This document shows positions 14,727 through 27,621 of a stretch of 64,000 bases of DNA, one piece after another. The notes beneath the pieces are model-generated. The model was not told the DNA's origin, ran no database searches, and saw only the letters and a program-made list of their open reading frames with translations. Position numbers and translations under genes: made by a program. The stretch covers positions 11,220,286 to 11,284,285 of the forward strand of contig CM082581.2 in NCBI GenBank assembly GCA_040954595.2, read 5' to 3'. The DNA comes from Balanoglossus misakiensis (taxonomy: Eukaryota; Animalia; Hemichordata). Every line of letters begins with the position of its first letter. Positions within the stretch are counted from its first letter, which is position 1.

Positions 14727-16706
14727 CATCACCACATTGTTTTGATTCCGATCACTAATATGACAATGAATGACAAGCATTTTTATGTCATTTTTCTGGC
14801 ATAATGTATCATATTTTTGTTGGCTACAGTTTGCCAAGTGTTACTAACAATTTCTATTTGTATTTCATATTACGATATCCTTATTCTGTAAAGTATATCT
14901 TAGATATTTTGTTCAATCCCACAGAGCAGTTTTTTTCTGTTAATATAGGCTTATTCGCGTGCGTAAAATGCATTATTGTAATATTTACGAACTTGAATAG
15001 CTCGTTGGCTTCATTTAAAATGATTTTATGGCTTTTATTGCCATTATTTCTTCAGGTTTATATTGATAGATTTAACATTTTCTGAATAAATTTCTCAGAC
15101 TAATGGGACATGTATACTTCACACACAGCTACCGTTTGTGACGACACGGAGGAATACTTTCTGAACACATTTGTGATAACATTTCCAATCAAAATAAAAT
15201 GATAGCAAATATACGTTTTGCAGTTATGTGTTGTTACCGTCAAGGCACACCACTGGTCACAACATCTCGATTTTTTGTTTTTGATCACAATTCTTGCCAC
15301 ATGGCCCATTGATGTACAACGTCTACGAACAGTCTCATTTCGTAGCACTCACTCAGTACCGGGCGCAACATGCGAACCTCCGCAACATGTGGTTCCGTGA
15401 AAACGGATGTACGAGGGCAGTGTAACATGATGATTCTGTGTGACAAGAGGACTCTCAAGAAATTCTAGAAGAATACTCACAGTTGAGACGCTTGGCTCCA
15501 AGTTCTGTCACGTCGACTCCAAATTACGGCACTTTCTTGAAAAGTCCACCGGAACATAACACACACAGACGGCTCTACAGTCACGGTACTTTACGTGGGT
15601 AAATTGACAACACAGTCAGATCCAACACTGTACGGCGTGCTCACACAAGGGGACGAAGGCAGCGAAGTGACCTGACAACACGTGACAAGAGATGAATAAT
15701 TTATTAACACCTGGTCACGCAGTAAGCTACACAGCAGGTGCACCTGGTCGCGAACAACGGTAACCGTTATCGTTACATATGCAAATAATGACTAGATTTC
15801 AATCAGAGTTTGCCAAAACTTCCTTCATAACAAGTGATTCACGAAAACCGTGAGAGTTACATCGCAGGGAGATATTTAATCCACCCATAGATGGCGCAAT
15901 ACAGTGCAAAATACCAGTGCCATGCAATTATTGCCCGCGTCCACTTGTTGGAATGTTGTTTGAATCAAACAGCCAAACAACAACTTAAAATGTGTAAACT
16001 GTAAAGTTGAAAGGTCATGGTGACTTTGCTTCCCCGTATCCGGTTCGTGTACACACTAAATACGTATGGTTTCACACGTATACCGATATTCCATAAATAA
16101 CAAATATTTAAAGTAAAAATATGTTCGGAGTGCTGTATTTACAAATTGTTGCATACGTTGCCATTCTGAGGTAAAGCCAACATGATGGGAAATCTTTGAA
16201 AATAAATGGAATATGGGGGTCTTCTTTGCATGAATTAAACGTGAAGGAATTTTCTACAACAGACTGAACCTAGACTTCGTGAACGAAGATTCCTGCAGGG
16301 CAATTACTGAAACACTTCCACGACCGCCATGCAAATGATTACAATACACCATTTACCCATAACCCCATTCCTTCTGCCAGACTATAAATTGGCTGTATTA
16401 ATTTCGCGCCACGGTTGCAGACGTCGCGGTATGTGACCTGTTTCACCCACATCCCTCCAGTGTAATCATATCGTGTAATAAAATCCAAATGCAGTTTTTA
16501 ATGTAAAAGAGTTTCTGATTTATTGAAATAATGACATGGGATAATATAAATAAATAAAACACTGTAAGTTTTAAAATATGCTTACGAACATTTAAAAATA
16601 TAAATAAGAGTTTTAAATATCCAGTAAACGTCGAAAAGAGCTTTGGAGAAAGTAATTGATTATAAAGTCCACTGGTAAGGTCATCCGAAAGATGGTATAC
16701 GCAATG

Positions 16707-19034
16707 TCAAAGTGTTGTCACGATGTCGACGAGAACTTCGTCCTGTTCGCTGCTGAGTTTACGGAAGCTGTGTTCGGCCTTCCTCGGCCTCCGTCGCTGT
16801 CGGCATTTGTCGAGAATATAGGGGGTCACAAGGAGCATCGAAGCTGAGAGAACGAGGATGATTCCCGTGAATAAATAACAAAAGTTATAGTTCCCACTTT
16901 GGTCCAAAATCCACCCTGTGAGGAAAAAAATGGAAAAACAAAATTGGAAAAATCAGTCTAACATTTCACAGTATATTTCTACAAGTTACATGAACTAAAC
17001 TTTGTTCATATGAAATACTATATTCAGCGTAGTTTCAATACAATTATAGTACACGCTATCAGTAGGCCAGTTATATCCTGCTATGCGAGCGTCCGTTTTA
17101 TCGATTACGCTACAAAATGCAGATAAAAGAGTGTATAGTCCAATTTTCTGAATGGTATTCACCCCTCACCTGCAATTGGAGGACCAATGAGGGCTCCTAT
17201 TCCGTGACAAAGGTTGCAGAATCCAAGGGCTGCAGGAAACTTGTTCACTCCAACGAACTGTTTCAAAGTCACAGCCAACAATGGATGGTAAATACCATTG
17301 GCCAATCCGAAAACTCCATAGAGACAGGCCAGCCCGACATACTTCTGGACGAAAATGCTGACAATATTAACAAGTCCACATACAAGAAGACTCGACGCAG
17401 TGGCCCTCACAGGAGTCATTGCTCCAACATCCACCAGGAAGCCATGACTTGCTCGACCAACCAAACTGACAGCCCCAGTGATCGTCATCAACGTTGTTGG
17501 CAGTGGGTAGGGTATGTTGAACGATTCAGCTCGTGCGACAAGAAAAAGTATCGTGGGGTAGAATCCGATAGCGATGACGAAATACGCAACTAACATGAGT
17601 ACAAACTCTGCATTAGTGAATAAATCACATTCAATCATCTTGGAGAGGAAGAGAACGATGTGACTGTCTTTCAACCGATGAATATACTTTGTAAGATGGG
17701 AGACTACACGTGTCCTTAATCGGTGGATGTTAGATTGTGATTCAGTCGAAATGTTCTTCTGGTTCTTGTGGAAGTCAATCGGAACTAGAGTTGGAGCCAC
17801 TCTTATCACAAGCAACAGAGACTGCGTTATATATGTAGATTGTTCAGCAGGTACTATTTTCGAGCACACGGTTTGTTTTTGTGGCGGCGGGCGAAAAAGG
17901 GCTCCGCACACGCAGATTTGAAGGTTCAGAGCCGCCAGAAGGAGCATCGCGTTTCTCCACCCGAAGTGGTTGATGAATATTTGATAGACCTGTGGCAGGG
18001 CGATCCAGCCGATGGCGAACGCAGAAAACACAATCCCATTTGCTAGGGCATACCTCTTCTTGAAGTATCTGGCGATGAATGCAACGCTAGGTGTTGCCAC
18101 CAAGCCATAACCGAACCCTGCAAGAGATTAACAGTAAATTTCTGTCAAAACAATACTTGAATGTGTAAGTCCGAAAGTCGATCGTGTAATAGTTATTTCG
18201 ACCGTTCGATAGACTGAGATATCAAAACAGACTCGGACATTTCTAAGATAAAGAAACATACCGCAAGAACAATCGAAGACAATATTATCCCTGGACAGCA
18301 CCATCATTCATGTCAAGAGTATATCCTGATATGTCTTCTAATTTTCCAATAAAATGTTATTTCCAACAATATACATACCTGTAATGACACCATAGGTGAT
18401 GTACAGGTGAATAACTTCCACTGCGAAGGAACTGACCACAGTTCCAATGGCAGATATGATCCCACCAGCCATAACAACGGTGCGACAACCGAAATACGAG
18501 TTCAGTGCACCCGAGATTGGACCTGTCATTGTAAAGATAAAATGTACCTATTCATTCATTCATAGATCAGACAAGTTTATTTCTTTTTGTCTGCGTTCAA
18601 ACGCTTTAGACCACGCCCCAATACTTGACCGCCCTCAGTACACCACATGCGTGTTGCTTTTTCACTTTCTTCAAGATAGTGATAGGTTAAAGGTCAAGTT
18701 GATGAACCCATCGTGTCAAACTTGATTTCAGCCGAAGTATGATCTATCTACCAGGTTTCCAGTATAATTTGCTAAACGTACCTGTTGCCAAGGTTACGAA
18801 TAAAGCTGTACCACTAATCCCGGCAATTTCACCAGCCCCACAGTCGAAGTACTCTTGGAATCGAATGATGAACGGACCAAAGCCGGTCAAACTACCCTGA
18901 GAGAAAAGTAGGGCCAGGTGAGCCGCTAGAACCACCACCCATCCCCACCCACCATCCGGAGGGTCATCCTCGTAGACAATGGTTGCCGAGGAATCTGTGG
19001 TGCTTGGTTTGACTGCTTTCATTATTTTCACCAT
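16707..19034 (-). CDS. Monocarboxylate transporter family (SLC16, MCT12/13-like), ~517 aa
   Basis: Exons 19034-18782, 18522-18379, 18117-17170, 16915-16707 (1554 nt, in frame). Signature PPDGGWGWVVV; FGCRTVVMAGG; YFKKRYALANG; FGWRNAMLLL; GALFRP; GPPIAGWILD. A probable non-coding first exon ends near 19783. Confidence 0.92.
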
Positions 19035-22000
19035 ACTTGGTCTTTTATTTTATTTTACACCAGTCCTGCAGAAATAAAAAGCAAAATTTCGACGATGATC
19101 AAACCGGGATACGCATTTGTATTTGTATATAAAGGCCCTATATCGCGTAAAAAGTACGTTATACTTATGGTCGATTTTGTCCAAAGTCAACGTTACCACT
19201 AAATATAGCCACCTCACGTGGCGCACATGCGCCTTATCAAAAGTACCCCACTTTTCACATTTTCCCGTCGCGGTGACATGGACCCAAAGTGATACTGATG
19301 TACCGTGACTTTAAGAATCGTGATTATGATTACATTGAACATTCTGTTTCATAGAAAATAACTGCAACAGCAAACAAGATATTTTCAATGGTAAGACCGA
19401 TCGAAATGACAGAAGCGGCACAAAAAAAACGTCATATGGAAGTGATTAAAATTTTCTTTATATCGTCACGCAATTTCAGTAGATTTGTGAAGGCATTAAC
19501 ATTATTGAGTTCATTCGTTTTCTTACAAGAGAAGAAACTTAGTAAATGTATGAATGACCACATCTAATTAGTGTACAAAGGTTGGACCATTCGACTGTGA
19601 CCTTCTGATTTTTACGGCCTCGTTTTTATGAATGGAGCCGATTAACGTGCACGTTCTCCGTAGAAACATCATTCCAAATTGTATCATTTGAAATATCTCT
19701 AGAGTAATATTCAGGAATATCGGGTTTTTGATAATGTGTCAGCAAAAAGGCTGAATAAAATAGTAGAGTAACGTTTACTCACCGTATGTAGTTATATCTT
19801 CGAGTGAGCACCGCGCGTAGAGAGGTTGTGTCGCCAACGAAGCCGGTGAATGAAACTGTTCAAATAACGCGTTACATTTCTGTGCGGAATGTATGCAGTA
19901 CATCAAATACCGGCTGACAGCGGCAACCTATCACGTGGCCCGGCATTTCACAATCTCTGTACCCGGTGACCGTAGACTCAATTCAAATTGGGTGTACGTG
20001 CAGATTTACGCGTTTTACGTGTCCTGGGGCGGGTTTTCGGAGCTATGGATTCCGGTTGTTTATAGATATTAAAATATGTTAATACTTTGGATGTTAAATG
20101 ATGGAGGAGAGCTCTCAGATCGAAGTCATTATTTGCGCAAATACGGAGAACACACGGGGGAAAAGGGGGGAAACCCTACGTCGTGTCAAAAATAATCGCG
20201 TATTTACCCCGTCAAGCCACATATACAGTATTTCTCTTTGTCCGTGGTCGAGCGAAAGTCATCAGGTTCATTTGATGTCATGAAATACCGGCGACGGAGT
20301 TCATCTGCAGTTCAGTCTTCGCTTCCCGATCATCGTTTGATCAATCATGCAAAATTTGACGACAATGAATTACTTTTTTGCATAACAGGCCTATTACTGT
20401 TTTAATCCTTGTATGATTTCATGTAAAGGGCTCGCTTATTTTTTTCTTCTTCCCCCTTCTGATTGACGTAAAATAACTGACGGTGTCGTCTTTCGAATGT
20501 TAGACGACGAAGTGGGGCGGTTATCGACACCACTTCCTCGTCATCACATGTGCCACAGACCACGTGGTTGGTGCCAGCCATAACTTATCTGACCATGACC
20601 GCGTTTGTAATGTCATGGCGTATCACACACCCCGTAGCCAGCATGTGGGGTCCCAAACTGGTGGTACATACTTTGTCACGTATACCAGACAGACTTAATC
20701 CAAAACAATTACTGTTTTGGTGTTAAAACACCGGAACAACCTTGGTTAACACGGATCTACATCGACATAACACACGTAGTCCTAAAGGATGTACCTTTAG
20801 AACCATATATAGGGGAGGGGGGGGGGAAATGATCAAATTTGAAAATCAATGTATGTAAAATTGTTTTATGACAATACATCATACGCTTGTAATCATATTC
20901 GCCATCATCGAGATAGAAGTTTTCCACACATACAGATGAACGCATAAAGTGTATCGTTGTCCGCATATAATAAGTCTAGGATCCCCGCCTAGCTATCCCC
21001 GACTGTCTGACAAGTTCCTTTAAGCGGCAGATTATTCTACTTTATTCCACGTCTTTAACGCATTTAAAGCCCGATGACATTCCATTTCGAAATGGATGAA
21101 CATTTCTGGTGATATGGACATGAAAACTTATTATACTATTACTACAATATTGGTCGTTTCCCTGCGTACTTTCCTGGTATTACGACACATAAAATTTTAA
21201 GATATGACAGTAAAGCGCACACTTCAGAGTCACAGGAGAATGACCTACAATCGACCTACCATTGCCATACCAACGAATGAGATTGCACCAACACAAAAAG
21301 CACGTCTGGGCAACGTGTCAATCACTTCCTCTGGTATTACCAAGAACAAAGTCGCTCTCAGGACAATTCACCCTCAAATGCAATAAAATGTACAGTCAAG
21401 CGGAAGGAGAATGGCCGACCATGTCAATGATTTGTGTCAACCACGATACAATTCCCTATGTGGAGGAAATTCTCATACATTGTAAATGTGATTGTGGTAG
21501 GGAAGAAAACGGATACTGTCGCAGTTGAAACAAAAATGAAGTTGTTTAGGTGACGTGGAAATGTTTTATTCGAAATCGAATCTAGGAAACGCTGTTTTCT
21601 GATGACAATACCACGTGTGTGTTCATTGACTGAATGTATTATATGCCGCATGAACATCTTGTCGTGCTGAGACTATTTTGAAAGAGAACGTTAGACTATG
21701 AACAATTGCCAATAACCAATAATAGCGTCGAATCACATGGTTGTGATACAAATATAGTCAGTGCACGTCACATGTGATATTAGGAGAACGGCAAAACAAA
21801 AATCTCCAACAACATGGAATGATTGTTTGTGCGTAGCCGACGAACCGAACTGATTCTGTATGCCAGGCTCGCCATGAATGACCACCTCGTGATTTGACCT
21901 CCAGCGAACTTAAATACCACAAACAAATGTTAGACATCTCTTACACTACAGTGACGTCATACAACTCAAGTGGTTGCTTATCAAACTGTTCTTGATGAAG

Positions 22001-23150
22001 CCACTGGAGTGGTTGCCATGGTTGCATTGACGACGCGAATGGAGTATTTGGGTGGGGTCTTGGTACTGTACAAATGATTCAACTCCGGGGGGGGGGGGGG
22101 GGACATACAGTCAGAAACTTGACTCAAACGGAAAATGGCAAATTGACTGTGAGTTTTTAGTCTTCCAGTCTTCTAAGACCAACTCAACAACATGGGAGGC
22201 ATGCACCCTTGTCACTAAATCTCATGGTTGATCCATTACAACACGTAGTTCAAAAGTGCTCAAAGGCTCGAAACAACAACCAAACTTCACATATGCAAGT
22301 CGTTACTTACACTACAGCAAACTGAATATAGAATGGTGTCAATTGTCAAACTGATGTATACGCCAAGATGTGCACAAGCGCAAAATTACAATTTATCCTT
22401 GCCCTGTCTTTTTACATTCACATCATGTCTTATCACACCACTCCTGTTTGTATAATCCGAAGACAATGCTGGTAAATTTGACATGACTGTCATCACATAC
22501 GATCGCCTATTTGTTTCCATAGCATCTGCCCTACAGGACGTGTTTTCTCCAGGTTTTAATACACACGTCGCACTATCAATTCGAAATGAATGGTAGTAGT
22601 ATTTTCAGGGAGAAAATGTTGTGTAATTTGTATTAAAAGCGTAAAGTAAACTTACTTTTGACATTAAACATTCTGACAATGTTTTGTCTTTTAAACTTTT
22701 GATTACTTTACCATTGGGAGAGGGGGGGGGGCGAGTGCCCCCCCCCCTCCCTGGTTCCTATGCCTATGTTAATAAACTGTTATCAATGAGAGCATCAATG
22801 CATCAAACAGATCTTCTCACATTGAACTAATTCAGAGGTGGTGCCGACTTGTAAGTTGTAGAAGCTGAAGATGGGAATCATGTCACAAGTATTATTATAC
22901 TTCTCTCGCATCCTTTGCTATTCTTTGTCGTTTTCTAACAAGTAATGAAAGAAATACTGACAGCAAAACTTCCCTCGACGAAAATCATTCCATGTATCAA
23001 AGACATTAAACCCCTCCAGCAACCTGTGGTCAATCCCCAAAACTGGACATTAGATTATTATCTCAGGTGCTGCTAATCGTATAACTTCCTGTAGCACTGT
23101 CCTACTTATTCTTTCTGCTCGCTTTGTTCCTTGGCATCTCTAGATACAGC

Positions 23151-26117
23151 ATGAAGGTGGCTAGTCTTTTCTTGTTGGCGTTCCTTGGACTGATAACTCA
23201 AGGTAAGCATTCTTCTTTTATAACAAAATGAGATGTGTGTCTTTTTAACATGTAGCTGTTGGGATTTGACCTTTGTTAATAGTCGTCAGTCTACTTTTTA
23301 TGCTCAAGAGAATGCTTCGAAAGATGACTAAACAGTGCAAAATGCTGTTGCGAGATGATGATCTGAAATAAGCCAAGATTTGTCCAAAATCATGGGTTTT
23401 CAGTACTGGGCACTGAATCACTGGTTTGGACTCTCAGATACAAATCATTGCACAGCATATACAGATACTAGGACCTCAGTCGACTTTTGACCGTCTGCAA
23501 AGACAATCGGTCTGGTAGCCATCGTTACCCTGACCTGTGCGGTTGATTGCCATGATTAGCATTTACCTGTGTTGTTGATTTTGGGTCAAGGGAATGATCC
23601 ACATCCCCCGTGACGGAATCATTTAAACTCCCTGACTACAACAGACTCAGGAATCTGCAATAATGTAGTTTACCTTATCTGTCAACAGGTCATGGTCAAG
23701 GACAACCTGATCAAAAACCTCCACTTCCTCTCTTTGCGATGTTGGCGGTAATGTATATATAATTATATGGGTTCCAACATACACGTAGGTTTCGAAGAGA
23801 TGGGTCCATACTGAACCCCTATATCCTACAGTGTTCCGTTAGTTTTGGATGATACAAAATGAATCTATAAAATCTGAGAAGTGGCGTTTGAGTCAGTTTA
23901 AATACAGATGTAGCCAAACGAGCATTTAGTATTTATAGAACTGGACCGACGAACGGTCGAATGCTTATGTCAGATTTTGACACTCACATAGATATTTCAG
24001 GTAATGTAATGTAATTCAATTCTGGCATACCGGTATATTGCAATGAAGCAGTCAATCGGTTATTGTCGTTTTGTCACGTTTAACCACGGTTCTATTAATC
24101 GCTTCGTTCTTTCAAAACCGTAGCGTGGAGCAGATGTTGAAACCCTCCGTACCCTTGGTCTGTTCCGAAGATTTATGCTGAAGGTGGGAGACGATGTTTT
24201 GGAAGGTGCTCATAAACAGCGAGTTGATGATAAAATCCACGTCTTTCAAGCTGATGTCGCCTGTAACTGCACTTTCACATATTCGTAAGTTGGCTTGGTG
24301 ATTTTAATGCTGACAAATAGTTTTCAGAAAGTCGGTATGTGTTGAAAAAAACGTGCAAAGTGCATGAGCGACACTACTGTTAAGGTAACAATGTCAAACC
24401 CTTATTTCGTGTTTACACGCCTTTTAAATTTGGCAAAGTTTTATCATTGATTTCATTGTAAAGACATTCCCCAACCGTTGCATTTAATATGTCTCATCTT
24501 ATTACATGTATATGCAAGGGATGAACAAGGCAAAATGAAGGGATTTGCCATTGATCTTGTAGAAGAAGGTATGTTTGTTTTTTGAAAATAACTAATTAAA
24601 AACATCAGCCACGTCAAGGTTACACAAATAACCATTTGTTGATATGAAACTATGGTTCAGTGGTCCTCATCGTGTGATATGCATGAATGTATGCATTTTA
24701 TATGGATTTACAATATTTTTGTTCTGATTTCACTGAAAATGTCTTTTTCTTGCAGTATGCAAGGAAGCTGGCAAGAAATGTGTGATTCAGTATTCACCTT
24801 TCACTGACTGTATCAACGACCATCATGGACTGGAACATCTTTCAGCTGGGGCCGGTATGTGATCAATGTTGTTTTACTTCTGCTATCTACACCTTATCAA
24901 AACCATAAAAAATCATTTAAAAAGTGTTCTTACCTTTCAGGTCTGTTGGGGAGAAATTTTGATGCCTGTTCGTTGGTGGCGCACTCCAAAGAGTTAGAAC
25001 GTGTGATGTCTTTCTCGGACTCCTATTGGGATTACAGCGGTGAAAGCCAGTTCTTCGTCAAAAAGGGTAACCCCAATGGCTTTGATGCGAACGACATCAC
25101 TGGAAAGAAAATCGGTACGAAATGAAAGTCTACATTACAAATATGCATTACAAATATAATGAGAAAATATTTTCAGAATTCAAACCGTGCATGCAACTGA
25201 AGTACATCAACAAATTCTGTCTGCATAATTATTATTTTGTGTCTTCAAATGCATGCAAGACAAGTAATCACATCAAATGAATTATATATACTTTTTGTTA
25301 CAACCAATATTACTAAATCCAACACGAAATTAACCCCTATATGAAACATTCTTGTTAAAATTGATTATGTTTCAGGTTTTATAAGAGGTGTCCAGAGCAA
25401 CCAACAATGTCTTCAACGCCATAACGTTGCCGGCTCAGATAAGATGACAGACGAGCAAATTGTGTACCTCGAAAACATTCTTGATATCAGACCTTTCTTG
25501 GAAGAAAATAAGGCACGTTAAACTTAACAGTTTTGGAAAGAAATGGTCTCTCAACCAAGCCTTTACAACTTTGTCACCTGAAGGATTTGTTGTGTTTCTG
25601 AAATGGCACATTTACTTTGTGTAGAGATTTGTTTCCGAATTGTTTCATGTATTTTTATATTTATACAGGTAGATGCTGTGTTTGCTCTTGAATTGCCACA
25701 AGGCACCCACGAAGACCACCGTTTGGAGATGATTGGTGGTACACCTTCAAACGCTCAGTCTATTGGCCCCCTTATGAACTGCGCTAGTGGTTTCCACGTA
25801 ACAGCTCGCAAGGACAGTCAACTTCTGGATTGGTTCAATGATGGTCTTAGGGCCATTAAGAAGAGTGGGAAGTATGCTCTTCTTTGTAAACGAGCAACGG
25901 TCGAACATGGTGAGTGGTGTATTAAGCACGTGCTTTGTCAATGATGTGCATTACACTTGCAATGACAGCTAGTGTATGATGTACATGTGTAAAATCATTG
26001 GTCACACTAAGCAGAATACATGTATGGTTAATCACAGGTGAAATTGATATTCGATTCTAATTGTGCTCCTTCTTTATTTCAGGTCACATGGGGCCAATTA
26101 ACTGCCTGTTTGATTAA
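23151..26117 (+). CDS. Secreted stand-alone solute-binding protein, bacterial family-3 / PBP type II-like (SBP_bac_3), ~335 aa
   Basis: Exons 23151-23202, 23689-23747, 24124-24284, 24519-24568, 24756-24854, 24941-25114, 25376-25512, 25669-25909, 26083-26117 (1008 nt, in frame). Signal peptide MKVASLFLLAFLGLITQG. Family motifs FTYSDEQGKMKGFAIDLVEEVCKEAGKKC, GLLGRNFDAC, ERVMSFSDSYW, DITGKKIGF, KVDAVF, ARKDSQLLDWFNDGLRAIKKSGKYALL. No transmembrane segment seen; 10 cysteines. Confidence 0.85.
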
Positions 26118-27621
26118 GCATTTGGCACCAGATGAGGACGTCTTTGTTTTGTAAGCACAAGGGAACGATTCTCATGACAACCAAACCACCATTACTAAAA
26201 TGTAATATTCATTAAACTGGATTTCAAGAAATTATTACATGTACTTATATTCACACACGTCTAATGATTTTGAAAGTTTAAAATAAAACAGTTTTTGGCA
26301 TGAACAACGACTCCATTGGTCTTCTCTATTTGGGGAACATGTGTTTTTGCGTGTCAAACATCCAACACATCGTACTGTGTATGTACCGGTATATACCATA
26401 TGCTGCATGATGTATGTACCGTATATATACATGTATGTGTGTTTATTTGTGTGCGTGTGTGGATGGAAGGATGGATGGATGGGATAATTGCATATAAGTA
26501 AATGTGTATGGCACTCTTTTCAATAGCTAATTATAACTGGACTAGGATATTTGCACTCAACAGGTGTGGAGAGTTCGGCTCTTTATGACAGTCATATTTA
26601 CACAATGCAGCTTAGATATATTTGCTCGATATATATCACTCACTGTCTAGATTTGTAGAACCCAGTAGACACGAGTTGACAATTATTCCTACATGCTTAA
26701 TTTGGCTGTCAACTTGAAGGTAAGGTGCTTTTTTATGGCATGGCTTTTTCATGACTCGGATCCAGCAAAACAGTTAATTTTTGCCAGTGCTGTAATATAC
26801 TAAAACTTGCTGTTCATGGTAATTCATTTTTCATGTGGTAAAATACTAGAGTATAGGGGATAATAAAGTAGGTTATGTCAGTAATAAATGATTGTAAATT
26901 GACCAAACATACACGGTGACAGTGTGTTTGTAGATTTCAGATGCTCAAAAATTGTTTCGATAGAAGGGCGCAGGTGCTGGTATCACTTATCCATATCTAG
27001 CAGCAGTAAATTTTATTGAAATGCCATATGATACACATTTCATGACACAGTCACATTGTGTTGCACCCAGATTAAAACATTGTAAATTCTGTCTGCCAGT
27101 ATCCCATGGTAAGTGGATTCTTGCTATGTCTAAAGATTAGCGAATTTTCACCACTGAGGTTGTAATTGGCCAAAGATGACCATGTCTACACTCATTTCAG
27201 GAATATGCTGGTATTGTAAATTTCGACCTGTTTAATAGAGTCTGTATGACAGAACTCCCTGAAATCTGTGGACTTGCTCCTTGCCAAACAGTGGATTATA
27301 CCCTGCTCACATTCTTGCGAAAACATTGACTATGTATATATATACCGATTCTTTCTTCACGTTATGTTTGTATGTCCATACAAGCCCATTAAGTTCCCAT
27401 GTCAAATTTGACTCCCTCTTATGCAACTGTTTCAATATTGAGAACCATGATATACTTTAACAAGAAGCTAGGCTGCAGGAGCAAGCCGTAACGGAACAAA
27501 TCTACAATTTCATGTGGATGTTTCCTTCTAATTTTAATAGCAAAACCAGTCTGAGGTTCGGTGAGCTCTTCACCCCTTTACATCTCTGGTAGTGTCCTAT
27601 TTTCAGTGAAAATTACACAAC

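Noticed and set aside
16012-16026. ERE-like palindrome AGGTCA-tgg-TGACTT
   Set aside because: A single imperfect site in intergenic DNA, expected by chance in 64 kb.
17117-17593. 158-aa plus-strand ORF, and similar antisense ORFs over haspin and the TLR
   Set aside because: Shadow ORFs opposite real coding exons, with no independent motifs.
21200-21530. Minus-strand hydrophobic frame with several TGA codons (possible NUMT or membrane-protein pseudogene)
   Set aside because: Also contains a TAG stop and matches no mitochondrial or nuclear protein I recognise; tBLASTx would be needed.
22086-22102. Poly-G run (similar G/C runs near 1904, 20817 and 22722)
   Set aside because: Simple homopolymers, common in such genomes; no evidence of function.
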